Counted from the whole stretch's first letter, positions 1-12,664 are shown. The stretch is 60,049 nt of DNA, filler included, from Sphacelaria rigidula (GCA_964200075.2; 5 parts of 5 records of this genome joined end to end with filler, not necessarily neighbours in it); one strand, 5' to 3'. The notes: a model not told the origin generated them from the sequence alone. Numbers and translations: made by a program.

Positions 1-363
1 AAGTCGTGCTTTCCCTGACCCAAATTCATGACAAATGGCTTTCATATGGACCCCCCCATCCCTCCCGACCTCCCTAAAACTATTCGGGGGATTTATAGCC
101 TTCCATTCCCCCACAGGGTATGTGCGAAAACACACTGTTGCCTCGATTTTGGGGTGAAAAAAGGACGTTTCCCCAAAATCGTGCTTTCGTATATACCCTT
201 TGAGCGAACGGAAGGCTAGGAATCCCTCGAAATAGTTTTAGGGAGGTCGGGAGGGAGGAGGTGGTCCATATGAAAGCCATTTGTCATGAATTTAGGTCAG
301 GGAGCGCACGGCTTTTGAGTTGAACCTCATTTTGTTTTCAACCCCATTTTCGAGAACCCACTG
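1..363. mobile_element. Palindromic MITE, Tc1/mariner-like, left end cut by contig start
   Basis: 1-100 is the reverse complement of about 215-313 (e.g. AAATTCATGACAAATGGCTTTCATATGGAC vs GTCCATATGAAAGCCATTTGTCATGAATTT). It ends ...CCCACTG followed by TA (364-365), a CAGT-type TIR with TA target. Confidence 0.6.
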
Positions 364-543
364 TAAAGTGATGTCAAGATGTCCCTCACCGTCAGGGTCA
401 CTGAGATGGGTAGAGTATCGAGATCGTACCCAAATTACTCAAACTTTGAGTGGCGTATCGAGATCATACCCAACTCTACCTAAAATTTGAGTTGGGACCA
501 CACCCAACTGAAACTCCGTAGCCGGGTATATTGCTCAGAGTTC

Positions 544-831
544 TTTTTTTCCTCACACTTTGAACCCCTCCCCTTCATGGTCTCAAGGGATCAACCCATC
601 TCTCCATCGGTACGCGCCTTTCATTTTGGTCTCGCGAATTGGGTCAGCACTCCCACACCACGTCAGCTCACGTCACACAAAGCCAGTCGACTATTTTGTT
701 CACTCACGTTCTCACGCTTTCCACGGTGGAAATTATACATTACGAAGAAAAAACCCAATGCATCGGGAATCGAACCCCGTTCTCTCCATGCTAATGGCGA
801 AATTCGGACCATCACACCACCGGGGCGCGGC
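544..831 (-). mobile_element. tRNA-derived SINE, family 1 (tRNA-Pro-like head)
   Basis: Minus strand has an A box TGGTGTGATGG, a B box GGTTCGATTCC, a conserved body and an A-rich tail. Four other clear copies occur in the window. Confidence 0.85.
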
Positions 832-1293
832 GGCCAAGAGTACCCACCCATTTTCCGGGTAGACTCTTGACATCATACCCAACTCAACACAAAATGTGGG
901 CAGACTATTTGAGGTCGTACTCAATGTCGCCGAAACGTGGAGTACAGCAAATACCCGGGTATTGTACCGAGACTCAAGAGTGCATACCCTACCCAACACA
1001 CCCTTGATTTCTCTCCTCTCACATTCTTGCGGTGAGGCTCATCGTGTTTCGGCATTGAAGAAACATTCATTCGCTGTAAAAGTGGCACGTTTTTTAAAGT
1101 TCAGAAGTACATGTATCGGCATGTAGGTGATTACACAAAAACAAACACCACGAATCCTTCGTGCGAAAATTCGAGGTAGGGCAACCTTTTCGCAAGATTG
1201 CGTGTGTAGTATTCGGCTGAGTGTGAGCTTTTAGAAGGAAGGCGTCCTTCCCATCTGTTTCATTCATGAATGGAACACTAATAATGTATCTGA

Positions 1294-1652
1294 TTGTCAG
1301 GTGTGTTTTCGCCCCATCTATTCTGGACGCCGGTCTACACCCCTCGGTATATATATGTGGGCGCACCAGCCGGGGTCACACAGGAGGAAGGCCAACACCG
1401 GAGTGCTTTTGTCTTTGTTTTTATTATTGCACCTTCCTTCTGCGGTGCTTGCCTTTTCTTTTTAACGCGAGAGGGTCCAGCAGTCCCTTTTCCTCGTTGA
1501 CCATTGAGTCGATTTTTGTGTATCCACGACATAGTCGCTCCCCACTGTTGGGCATCGTGTGAAAAAAATCCCAGATCGCTCCGAGATTCGAACCCCCGAC
1601 CCAATTGTCAGAAGGTTCCGACGTTACGGACTGAGTCACCGGGGCGATCGGC
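1294..1652 (-). mobile_element. tRNA-derived SINE, family 2
   Basis: Minus strand starts GCCGATCGCCCCGGTGACTCAG with B box GGTTCGAATC. The body is homologous to 56445-56735. Confidence 0.75.
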
Positions 1653-3190
1653 AGCTGTGCGTGAATGATGCCAATTCAACTTATCACAGCGGTCGAAGAG
1701 TCAACACGAGTAACGTTGTGGGAACTTTTAAATAGTGCGATGCTAAATCCATCACGCACGGTTGTTGGATTTGGCGACACGCGGTGGATTTAGTGACATA
1801 TTACACCATATTACAATACCTCTTGGCGTCCGTCGCATAAGCCTTGTATAAACACCACAACACCTGGAATACACCCACACAGTTCCTACCAGCCATCGCC
1901 AAGCCATCGCGCGGTGCAAACGACTTCGTTGCGGACGAGAAACGTGCTTCGCCTGTCACCACGTTGTCATGCTATACACGTAGTAGTAACTGCTGAATAT
2001 CACCTGCATGTGCCCGCAAGTACTTCAAATCTCAAACCTCCTAGTCTTGAATCGCGTGGACTTGACCACAGCAGCAGTATCTCACAGGAGTGCAACTATC
2101 TCTATTGTTAGGGTTACGGCTGAGGATATGGGCTGGGTTCAGGCTGCGGAAGCACTCAATACGTGTGCCTGCCTTTGCTAGCGACAGCTTTGCCGACAAT
2201 GAGAAGTAAAAACCCGCGCAAGCAGGTGGCCTCTGGTACATGATACCCGCACTATTTTCAAGATCTACGCAGATTCTAAGCAGCTGGGCAATGTGAGTAC
2301 AGCATTCATCCGGTTACAAATGCACACGATGCTCACCTAATTCGCGTTGTACCTCGTGAGCGTCATTTCTCTGGTCATATGTCCTGGTGCTGGTATTACC
2401 AACGTGATACAAGCTGTATGCTCATTGGCCACGGCCTATAAACTTGAGACTTTGGGCAATAAGTGCGGACAACGTGTACCAGCGCCCATCTGTGTAAGGT
2501 GGCTCTATGAGTTCACTATTTCTCCGCGGCAAGGGCGGCGTCGTGGATGCACAGACTCTGGCGATTTCCCACCTCCGTAGGAGCTACGAGTGAGCAGGCC
2601 ATTATCCCACCTCTAGCCCACGACCAAACGGCACCGTGATGGGGCTTCCGTGCTTTAGGGTGCCATCGGATAAAGTTCAAACTTTTTGCTGTACAACTCG
2701 AGGGTGTATTTTCCGTAGCACCGGCACAGGTGGTTATTACGCTCGTAGATAGATCAGTCAACGAGATTGCAGTGATATTGGGAACACGAGAACTTACATT
2801 TATATTAACTTGAATATAGATATGCTGAACCCAAGGATGGTTGTGCGTTTGTTGAACCTGCTCTGCGGTAGTGTGTTCTCGGGTATTATCACTTCTGTAA
2901 TCTCCTTCGCTGCTCTCTCTTTTCCTCCCCATCTCTCTCCTCATCTCTCTCCCTCTTGGGCGATGGCCAGGGACTGTGTGGGGGTATTTCAGGTGTTGTG
3001 GTGCCCATACGAGGCTCATGGGACGAACATCAAGAGGTACTGTAAAATTGCGTTGGATGTAATTAGATCAAGCGCCTGTAGTGGATTTCGTATCACCCTT
3101 ACAAATATGGAGTCGCTGGCTATACGAGTATTCGTGCGGAACTATCCGTGTTGTTGAACGAGCATGTTGAGAACGGGAATGACGACATCA

Positions 3191-3545
3191 CACATGCGGT
3201 CATTTGCCGACCCTCGAAATTCCTCCAGGGCGGTCAACTTTTCGAGCCTCCAGAGGAATTAATAAACGCCTCCGGAGGGGTGCGCGGCCCTCCAGAGGAG
3301 TATCTTTTCGTTTCCTCCAGAGAGATCGAAGGCCTCCGGAGACTTGTTTTTGCCTCCGGAGGGCCGCACATCCCTCCGGAGGCATTTTGCTACCCCCAAA
3401 CTTCCTCCGGAGGGGTGCACGGCCCTCCAGGGTAGTGTTTGGTTTCCTCCAGAGGGATTGAAGGCCTCCGGAGGCTTCGTTTGCCTCTGGAGGGCCGCGC
3501 ATCCCTCTGGAGGTATTTTGGGGAGTGACCAAATGGCCGCGTGTG
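3191..3545. mobile_element. MITE with CACAC-type TIRs and internal CCTCC(G/A)GAGG array
   Basis: Termini are CACATGCGGTCATTTG and CAAATGGCCGCGTGTG. About a dozen palindromic CCTCCGGAGG-like units lie inside. A second copy is at 6626-6993. Confidence 0.8.
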
Positions 3546-4379
3546 CACCCATCGGAATATTCCTCTCATTAATGCGCTGTTGTATAATGAGCAATGTCCA
3601 TATTCCTCTCATTTCGTAGTGCGCTGTTGTACATTGAGCAAGTTCCGATTATACTTCGCACATAATGGCATGCACTCCAAAACTGTTTTCCCGATCCATT
3701 CGTTCAATGCGAATGCAATGTATTAACCCGCCGCGACTTGAAATAATAATATGATGGTGTTTGTTTTGCTTTCGATCATATATCCAACGACTAACTCTTG
3801 AAAATGTCAACCCTTCGACGGTCAGGGTTCATAATCTGGGTCACGCAGGAACGTTTCAAGTAAAAATGATACCGATTCTAAAAATGATACTTGCGGCGCT
3901 GAGCGTCCTTACGTGGAGTCGGCATCATATTCACTTTTGTCGGGTCAAAATGGACTGATAAGTTCACTATCAATCAAATGCTGGGCTCTCAATCTGGGGA
4001 AAAGGCTGTGTAATTCTACGAGGCATGCGTGTAGGTGATTGTGCATCAATCCCCGCTTGCTGTAAGTGACCTCCGGTGTTTACGGCGAGTACAGTTGCGC
4101 TCGCCCATATATTTATTTCCCACGGTTCACGCGTACTTCCTAGTATGCATCTTGTTGACTGTACCATATATTGCATCGTCTTGGCAAAATGGAGAGAAGT
4201 AGAGGATCCGTCGACGGCATGTCTAGAACAACTAAAAAAGGAGGTTAAACAAAGTGGTTGGTTGATGTGCTGACGTGAAATAATTTTGTTAGGTCCAGCT
4301 CACGACTGTGCTATATATATATATACTGTATAAGAAAATCACACTGCACTGAAGCACCACCACTTCTGCGACACAATAG

Positions 4380-5020
4380 AGAGCTTCGGAAAATGCTCGC
4401 TTTTATCATTCCAGAGTACAAATATATCAGGATCAGAGTGTGACGAAAACTATTTCCCCCTCCGTCAAATGTGGTATTAACAGCCGATCATCGAAATTGA
4501 GGATGGAGCTTTTCATCCAGGATGAGAACCCGCATGACTGAAATCTTCGTACCCACACCAACTCTTCGGAATATGGTTCCATTCCTTCACCTCCTGGTAG
4601 CTATTGACAACTGCTACACGCCCTATAAATCATGATTCCAAATCGAAATGTTGGGGTCCGACGTGAAAAATCATTTTTGGGGTATTTCGGCGATCCGATC
4701 GCATCACCTAAATTTCCCAAAATAATTTTTCACGTAGGACCCCAAAATTTCGGACATCGAAACCCAATTTTTTAGGGCGTGTAGCAGTTGTCAATAGCTA
4801 CCAGGAGGTGAAGGAATGGAACCATATTCCGAAGATTTAGTGTGGGTACGAAGATTTCAGTCCTCCGGGTTCTCATCCTCGATGAAAAGCTCCATTCTCA
4901 ATTTCGATGGTCGGCTGTTTATTCTCTCGAACGTTTGTCGATGAGCTTCGTTTTTCTATTCTGCACTCTGATCCTGAGATATTTGCACTCTGAAATGACA
5001 AACAACACTCCTAAGCTGTG
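4380..5020. repeat. Long inverted repeat / foldback element
   Basis: Arms are mirrored around about 4690, e.g. GGAATATGGTTCCATTCCTTCACCTCCTGGTAGCTATTGACAACTGCTACACGCCCTA (about 4568-4625) is reverse-complemented at about 4773-4830. Outer boundaries are approximate. Confidence 0.85.
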
Positions 5021-5424
5021 CTCATCGCTGCTATCGTGCAGCACTGCCGTAGCGGGCGCCGCGTCGTCGACTTGTGTCCGCTGTTGAAGTGTATATCAAT
5101 CGCTGCACGTTTCGTTGTGCTATTTTCGTGTGTGCCGCGCTAGTTTTGACCACGGTGATTTCACTGCGTACACCCAAGTGTGTGCAGTGCGCTTTTGCTG
5201 GGTGCTAATGACGGTGTCCATACCCTTGGAACAGACTATGGGATAAGGATATTCTACTTACTATGTATTGTTTGCAGCTGTCTACACTGACGCGTGTTGC
5301 ACTTGTGCGCATGTGCCACATACAACGGACTGAAAAAACGCATGGTTCCTCCGTCTCGGCGAGCGCGCAAGATAACAATGGGAGAATATCAAAACGTACC
5401 GGGGCAAAAAAATACTTTTTTCAG

Positions 5425-5541
5425 CATAAAATCATCAACCTCGAGGTGTCCAGTGATGAAAGGGCTGCAGCGAAGCTCCACGCGTTCGCATCGGCGTTTC
5501 AAAACACTGGTCGTATTTTGCATGTGGTGATGTATTGGGAG
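5425..5541 (+). CDS. Candidate internal exon, unknown protein
   Basis: TTTTTCAG acceptor, 39 open codons (HKIINLEVSSDERAAAKLHAFASAFQNTGRILHVVMYWE), GAG|GTATGG donor. No recognised homology. Confidence 0.25.
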
Positions 5542-6377
5542 GTATGGAGTTAACCGTTAATAACGTGACTACTGCGAACATCGCACGGTAAACTTACAGC
5601 ATGTTTGTCCATCGGGCATCCAAATATACCCCATTGTCAAGGGTGTCTGTATTGTTTCGTCCGCCTTTTATAATCGAATCGATGGCAGGGTAGCCTAGCG
5701 TTCTGCGCGTTGCAGTCAATTTCGCCGCAGGGATTTGTCCTGTATTTTGGTGCAAAGTCTATAATCTCTTGTCGCCTCATATTTTCGCACTCTGTTGCGG
5801 TAATAACTGCGTCCTCCTAGCTTCCCTCATCATCAATTGCGTATGACTGAATCTACAGGTAAATAGTATGTTCAGCTATCCTTACCGCGTTCCAATACCC
5901 TCGGCTTCCACCCTCCCCATCCTCCGAACACCCTGTGCATACCACACCTCGAAACATGCAGTGGTAGCTGACTTCGTATTCACCGCGCAGGTGACGTGCG
6001 GTACGTCCACGTGGGGGTGAGTTATGTGTGTCATGCGTAGTGCGCGTAGTCTGCGCAGTGTGCGTTAGCCGCTATGGTATGCAGGGCAGAGAATAAGTCG
6101 GGAATGTTGACGTGGCAGCGCATGGATTATTGTTACATCGCGTACCGTCTCGAACCCGATCAGTGAGGGTAAACGCTTTGAAATTAACAAGCCGTGGCAT
6201 CGACGATTTCTAGAATATTTTGAGTGAGTCAGTCACATGCGCTTGCGCTCACGAGTGTGAACGTTATATGCGCACTGGTTCCGATCTCATTCAGCCCCGA
6301 ATTGGTCCAGAACTTCGTCTACTTAGGGGGCGGGAATTGAAGGGGTTTGCTGCGTTTCGCGAGACGACAAGACTTGA

Positions 6378-6625
6378 CCGATTGGTTGACTGGTTGATCA
6401 CTTCGTTGGTTGATTGGTTGATTGGTTGATCACTTCGTTGATTGGTCAATTTTTTGGTTGGTTGGTTGGTTGGTTGGTTGGTTGGTTGATTGGTTGATTG
6501 ATTGATTGGTTGGTTGGTTGTCACACATTCGATGTTCCCCGAGAGACACAGCCGCGGTCACATCATGTACCCAAGATAAACAAAACGGAAGCGCTGGTTG
6601 AAAAACGAGTATTGTGGAAACAAGC
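6378..6625 (-). repeat. (CAAT/CAAC)n tail plus 3' end of a non-LTR element
   Basis: (TTGG/ATTG)n tract at 6378-6520 abuts non-repetitive sequence that resumes after the MITE at 6626. Similar AATC/AACC tails occur at about 24630-24660 and about 54820-54841. Confidence 0.55.
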
Positions 6626-6993
6626 CACACGCGGCCATTTGGTTCCCCCCCCAATTCCTCCGGATCGGTCACCTTTTCGAGCCTACGGAGGAGGCAAACG
6701 CCTCCGGAGGGGTGCGCGGCCCTCCAGAGGATATTATTTTGTTTCCTCCAGAGGGGATTAAACGCGGGGGATTGAAGGCCTCCGGAGGCTTGTTTTTGCC
6801 TCTGGACGGCCGTTCATTCCTCCGAAGGCATTTTTCTACCCCCAATTTTCTCCGGAGAGGTGCGCAGCCCTCCAGATGGGCAATGTTTGGTGTCCTCCAG
6901 AGGGATTGAAGGCCTCCGGAGGCTTGTTTTGCCTCTGGAGGGTCGCGCATCCCTCCGGAGGCATTTTCGGAGGTTGCCAAATGGCCGCGTGTG
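6626..6993. mobile_element. MITE with CACAC-type TIRs and CCTCCGGAGG array (copy 2)
   Basis: Perfect 17-bp TIR CACACGCGGCCATTTGG / CCAAATGGCCGCGTGTG. Flanks CAAGC / AAAGC may be a 4-5 bp TSD. Confidence 0.85.
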
Positions 6994-7076
6994 AAAGCAA
7001 GAACAATATGACAAGCAAACGGAATACACAGAGAAACCAGAAACAAAACCAAGCAGGAAGGGAAAAGAAAGGAAGG

Positions 7077-7667
7077 TACGAGCTGGGCCAGCTTAAAAGC
7101 TGCTAAAACTTGCTCACACCACAGCTCCCCCAGTTTCTCGAATGAACTCGATGTAAGCATATCACTGTGAAGTGTAGACTAACCTGGTCACACACAGCAC
7201 CGCCGCTGAATGAAAAAAACGAAAAAAAAGTGTACTGCATAATGTATGACGTTAACGACGGAAGAAAAAAATATATATGTCGGGATTCGAACCGATGACC
7301 TCCACATTTGGAGTCTCCCATTACTCGATTTATAGGGGTGCAGCAGCGTCACGGAAAATGTTGAACGCACGGCTCAATTCGACGAGTCTTGAGCTAAAAT
7401 TTCAGGATGACCTTCTGCACCCAAGGAACTGATGCTTCACGAGTTCAGCTGCAGATTCTCATTTTTTTCCTGGACTTACGGCATTATCTTGTTTTTGCTG
7501 AAATTTCAAATGCCCATAACTTCTTTTCTTTTTCTTTGCTGGTCCCGTGATCTTCTGCGTTTTGATAATGAAAAGCTGCTGTCGAAATTTCAGCGTCCAA
7601 CTCCTAATATCGCGCCGTGCGTCGCCTGAGGGAGATGCACACGTACTCTTGGCTGGCCCAGCTCGTG
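7077..7667 (-). mobile_element. TIR element carrying an internal B-box/oligo-T cassette
   Basis: TIRs are TACGAGCTGGGCCAGC / GCTGGCCCAGCTCGTG. Homologous inverted copy at 49746-50347. Confidence 0.7.
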
Positions 7668-8334
7668 ATAGAGCTAGAAAATTAAATAATCACAACTATT
7701 GAAATACAATAAACAACGGAATATATATATATGTATATAAATGGCCGATCCCTGCAGCATGACTCCATATGAACTAAGGCCGTGCGCAAAAACATCATGC
7801 ACCCATAGACATGAAAAATGAAAGGCCGTAGGAGCAAATTGCGACTCAGTTATATCGGACCATACTGTTTGGGGATGAACTCTCCCCCATGAGCCCTACA
7901 GAAGCAAGGTCCCAAAGTGCTACTGTGTATCATGAAGAGGAGAGAAACGGCGAGAAATAGAAATAAATATGGAGAAAAAAGAGAGGACAGAAAAGGAGGA
8001 AACTGAAGGAATCACGGGATCTAAGGACACAGTGGAGCATGTGCAGGAAGGACCAAAACCAAGGAAGATCGCATGACCACAGGCCAAGGAAATGATCGAC
8101 GACCGATAAGAGAAGGCAGAAGTGGGTCATTGTTTGAGTTAAACCAGCTCCCCTCACTCATCCCCAGTCGGGAACAAGGTGGGGCAATCTCTCGGCAATT
8201 ATCATGCTGGATTCCTTGCGAGCTGTTGCTATGATTGCTGCGTCAGCGGTTGTGGTGGCTCTCTGACATGCCGCTCTCGACTTAACAGTCTCTCATTTGT
8301 GGCGGAGGTCTCTTTTGGGCCATGCTATGATAGG

Positions 8335-8690
8335 GGGAGGGGCGAGGGCCGGGGGGGAGGGGGGGAGGGAGGGAGGTACTTATGATCCTTCATGCCATAG
8401 TCATATGATGACCATTCACCTCGCATCTCTACGAAGCCGGGACGGGGCACCCCGGGTTCTCGCCGAACCAGGCTTGTCATCAATCACCAAGCGCGAAGCA
8501 CCGTGATGTGTTCGGTGAGTCGCATGAAGGGTGCGCTGCATTATTGTCTTGCATTTGGATGACATTCTTCAATGAGTTGCTTCATATTATTTAATGATCG
8601 CCACTTCCAGAAGAGACAGTCACGGCTTACACACTGCCTCGTGTGTCTCACCACTTCAACACTACGCAGTATGATCACCCCTTTTCACGA
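8335..8690 (-). repeat. Poly-C-terminated dispersed repeat, family A
   Basis: Homologous to about 13590-14135 and, inverted, to about 46335-46805. On plus it begins at a G-run followed by TACTTATGATC..CATGCCATAGTCA. Confidence 0.75.
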
Positions 8691-9214
8691 TAGGGGGGGC
8701 GGGGAGGGTCGATTCTGCGACAAACAGGGCTCATATATCTGTCTCAGTCGACCTAGCACACTCGCGATGCGCTTGTATTCACTGCGGAAAAACGGTGACA
8801 AGCGGTACGAATGACAGTGTGTTACCGTTACCGCGTTCGAGCCAGAGTTGCTGCTCTTGACGGCGGTTTGAATTGAAATTTCGTGTAGGAAATGGCGCAA
8901 AATACCTCCCCTAATCGTTGTTGCATGAGTCGCTTCTTCTTTCCCCTTTTTTTTTCTCTATACTTTATTAGTAGATCTTCTGAAGGGTTTGTTTTCGCCT
9001 CAGGCCGATGAACTCGGGGGAAGCTAATTCATTCCGCCTTCTTGACGTCTCTCTTCTTGTTTTGATGTGGTATGCTTCAGTTTTTTTGTTTGTTTCTGTT
9101 GTGTGTGTATCGTCTGGGGTCTCAGAAGCAACGATGAGACCCGCATCTATTGTAAGGCGTATAGTAGGAGCAGTGTTTGAAAGACGAGCCCAGACGAAAA
9201 CCTTAACACGAGAG

Positions 9215-11770
9215 CAACAGTGGAGGCAGCGCTCACCACACGACGGGAGGCACGCCGATTGATGCAGAATCATCGGACCCCAGCATCGTGGAAAGCACTC
9301 AGAGCCGCGTGTAAGAGCGTACGCACAGCAATAATAGATGACGGCATCCATGCACATCTGAAGAGGTATGTGGCGACGCTGGAAGCGATTTACGAGGATC
9401 GCGACATGAGAAGCCTGTACAAGTACCTCAAGAGATTGGTGGTTCTTGGCGGAAGGCAATCCAGGGGGCAGCAGTTCATAAAGGACGAGAACGGCGTCCG
9501 ACTGAAGATCAAAATTGTCCTCCTTGAACGGTGGGCGAGGTTCTTCCGCACCCTGCTCAACCCCAAATCGCCCAGGCTGAGCCCAGCCATCATCGAGGAG
9601 GTGAAGCAGCGACAGGCAGCTTTAACCACCTGTGACTCGGTACCGCTTGGGGCAGCACCACCAACTCTGAACGAAACCAGACGAGAAGTCGAGGGGATGT
9701 ACAACGGGAAAGCGCCAGGACACGACTTCCTTCCTGTGGAGCTACTCAAGATCGACGGCTGCGCCGAATCTATCGTCCTCGAACGCTTCCGTACCATTCT
9801 CGTTGGGGTGTTTAACGGAGGGGAGGTCCCGCAGGAGTGGAAAGACGCAACGATCAAGGTGCTGTACAAGAAATCGGACCGGTCCACCTGCAATAACTCA
9901 GCAGGATCTCTCTGGTATCGCACGCACGGAAACTGCTCCTCGAGATAGTAGCCTACCGCCTCAGCGACTACTGCGAAACGCACGGGATATTACCGGAGGG
10001 ACAGTGCGGCTTCCGACCTGATCGATCCACTGTCGATATGCTGTTCGTAGTGTGCCGACACCAGGAGCTGGGACGGCGGCGGAGAATACCGCTGTACATG
10101 TGCTTCGTTGACCTCCAGAAGGGATATGACTCGGTCGACCGAGAGCTTCTGTGGCAGGTACTGGCCCGAGCTGGTATTCCGGATGATATTATAGCAGTTA
10201 TCCGCCAATTCCACGATGGTATGCAGGCCCGCGTATGCACGGACGACGGGGAGCTCCCGGAATGGTTTGAAGTCACACAGGGACTGCGACAAGGATGTGC
10301 TGTCTCCCCTGCTATTCAACATCTTCTTCGCGACAGTGCTCGAGATAGTCCTCGTGATATCCAGCGAGGACGATATCATCGTCAAGGACATGGTATACCT
10401 CGATGAGGAGACGGTGAGAGGGTCGGAGACTCCGCTGGAACATGTACGGAGAGCGGTGTGGGGAATGCTGTATGCCGACGGTGCTGGCGTCGTCTCGAGA
10501 TCTCCCGACGGATTGGCGAGGATGATGGCCATCATAGTGGATATGTTTGGGGCCTTTGGACTGACCGTATCGAAGAAGAAAACGGGGACTCTCTTGATGC
10601 GAGAACCCAGGCAAGCACCGAAGAAGGGGGAGTCACGAACACCATCTCCCCCACCGCTGATCATCGAAGCAGCGGGCCAGAGACACGCCCAGAAAACTAG
10701 TTTCCGATACTTGGGCGGGCTCGTCAACGAACAGGGCGCGCCAACTCAAGCAAGATATCAACAATCGGAGCAGAGCAGAGTGGGCGTGCATCAGGAAGTT
10801 TTCCCGGGAGCTCTTTGACCGACCGAAAGCACCGTGGAGACTCACAGTTCGACTGCTGAAAGCGGAGGCGATGGAGGCCCTACTATACGGATGCATGATG
10901 TGGGCCCCGCGCCGCGAACGCTACGACTTGCTGAGAAAGGCACACTACTGGCTCCTCCTGCGAGTCATCGGGTACCGCCGAGTGCGCGGCACACAGCGAC
11001 AGCTTTCGTATGCACAGGCCCTCAAGAAGACCGGATACTGAAGTGCCGGAGTCATCATCCGGCATCGATGACTGCTGCTCGGGTAAGCCACGACCAGACA
11101 ACTGGACCGACGACTACCGAAGCGAATAGCATTCGGAACACTAGTCGTGGGGGAGGATCCAGGACCAGGATGCCCCGAACAAAACTGGCTGAAGTGCCTG
11201 AGGGATGATCTCCAAGCTTTCTGAGTCACAGACGGCTCTACGGACGACAACCGCCAGACTTTTGGAATTGACCGCGTCCTCTGGCCCTCAGCAGCGAAGA
11301 AGGACAAGGGGTTGCCGTGGCGCGCGGGAGTACTGCAGGGAGTGGAAAGGTTCATGACCTCATGGCACAGAAATGAAGAGGCAAGCCGACTGCGTGCGAT
11401 TGGACGGGACACCAACGAAGCCAACACGGCAATGACGACGGTCCAGAAAAGGGGAGGTGGGGGTTGAACCCCCCCGGTGAGGGGTGTCGTTATGTCATGC
11501 AGTGCTTGTCTCGATATGCATGGTATGCTTGTGCGTGTTGCTGTCCCTCGAGAGGTCAAAGGATAGAACCGTGCGATTCTTAGTTCTTTGGTTGATGGTC
11601 TTTGGGCCTTGAGGCGACCCTGTGTTCATTTCTACTTGGCCTCGCGCGTCGGGTTGGAAAGTCGGGTGCCACCTCCTGAAGTTCGATTGGCCACCTGCGG
11701 CACCGTATCTTTTGAGGTTAGCCATATTTATTCTCTTTCTTCTTTCTTATTCATTCCTGTTTTGAACACT
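9215..11770 (+). mobile_element. 5'-truncated, frameshifted RTE-type LINE (RT region and C-terminus)
   Basis: Motifs across shifted frames: [76 protein letters not shown] (degenerate YADD), FRYLG. Multiple frameshifts and stops. Boundaries are approximate. Confidence 0.92.
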
Positions 11771-11931
11771 TTCTACGATAGCCCCCCCCCCCAAAAAAAA
11801 AACATAACCAAAGGCATGCATGATCATGAGTACACCCCCCGCCCCCCCCTCTAGTCTAAGATATGTAAGAGGTTATTGTGTAATGTATGGAAGAAACGTA
11901 ATAAGCTACGGAAAGAAAGTAATGAGCGCCA

Positions 11932-12031
11932 NNNNNNNNNNNNNNNNNNNNNNNNNNNNNNNNNNNNNNNNNNNNTTAATTAATTAANNNNNNNNNNNNN
12001 NNNNNNNNNNNNNNNNNNNNNNNNNNNNNNN
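11932..12031. other. Assembly linker (N-TTAATTAATTAA-N)
   Basis: 100-bp N spacer containing an all-frame stop linker. The same structure recurs at 23963, 35993 and 48022. Confidence 0.98.
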
Positions 12032-12231
12032 GTCTCGCGGATTGGGCCAGCAACCCCGCACCGCGTCAACTCACGTCACACAAACCCAGTCGACTACTTT
12101 TTTACTCACGTTCTCACGCTTTCCACGGTGGAAATCATACATGAAGAAAAAACCCAACGCATCGGGGATGGAACCCCCGTTCTCTCCACCCTAATGGCGA
12201 CAGTCGGGCCATTACACCACCGGGGCGCGGC
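12032..12231 (-). mobile_element. SINE family 1, truncated by contig start
   Basis: Near-identical to about 628-831. Confidence 0.85.
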
Positions 12232-12517
12232 ACTATTATATCTCTTTTCAGCTCGGGTTCGGTTCTCTCTTTTGTTTTCATCGTTCCACTTTCTCGAGTT
12301 TCTTTATTTCCTTTACGAATACTGTTAATCTCTATGCTAAACTACCTATACTAGAAGCGGGTGTTTCACTTCTGTTCATGTTCACCTTGGGTGCGTTACG
12401 TCTATGTTGTATCCAATATCTAATGACAACGGCTGTGTTTGTGTGTGGTGGATCAGTTCATGTTACTGTTAACGTGCGACAATCAAGCAATGAAACGATT
12501 ATACTCTAGTGCCTCAC

Positions 12518-12664
12518 CTGTGAAAAAACTTCCATCGCTTTTTCGATTCGTTTGAATGCGTCATCGTCACGACTGCCGCTTCCACGACCATTTTTGCTGC
12601 TGTCGTCTCCAGAGCCCCATAAACCAGAGCAAGCGGCGCCGCCACTTGTCTCGTTGTCGTTAGC
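12518..12664 (-). CDS. Candidate exon of unknown minus-strand gene
   Basis: CAG acceptor, 49 open codons (ANDNETSGG...KRIEKAMEVFSQ), CAG|GTGAGG donor, phase 0-0. Confidence 0.5.

Noticed and set aside
544-831. Functional tRNA genes at the A/B-box sites
   Set aside because: No intact acceptor stem or cloverleaf. Each head is fused to a conserved body and tail, so these are SINEs.
3240-3520. CRISPR-like regularly spaced palindromes
   Set aside because: The units are only 10 bp, the spacers are short and themselves repeated, the array is bounded by TIRs, and there are no cas genes in this eukaryotic context.
9390-11559. Long minus-strand ORFs over the LINE
   Set aside because: These are antisense shadows of GC-rich RT coding sequence with no independent motifs.
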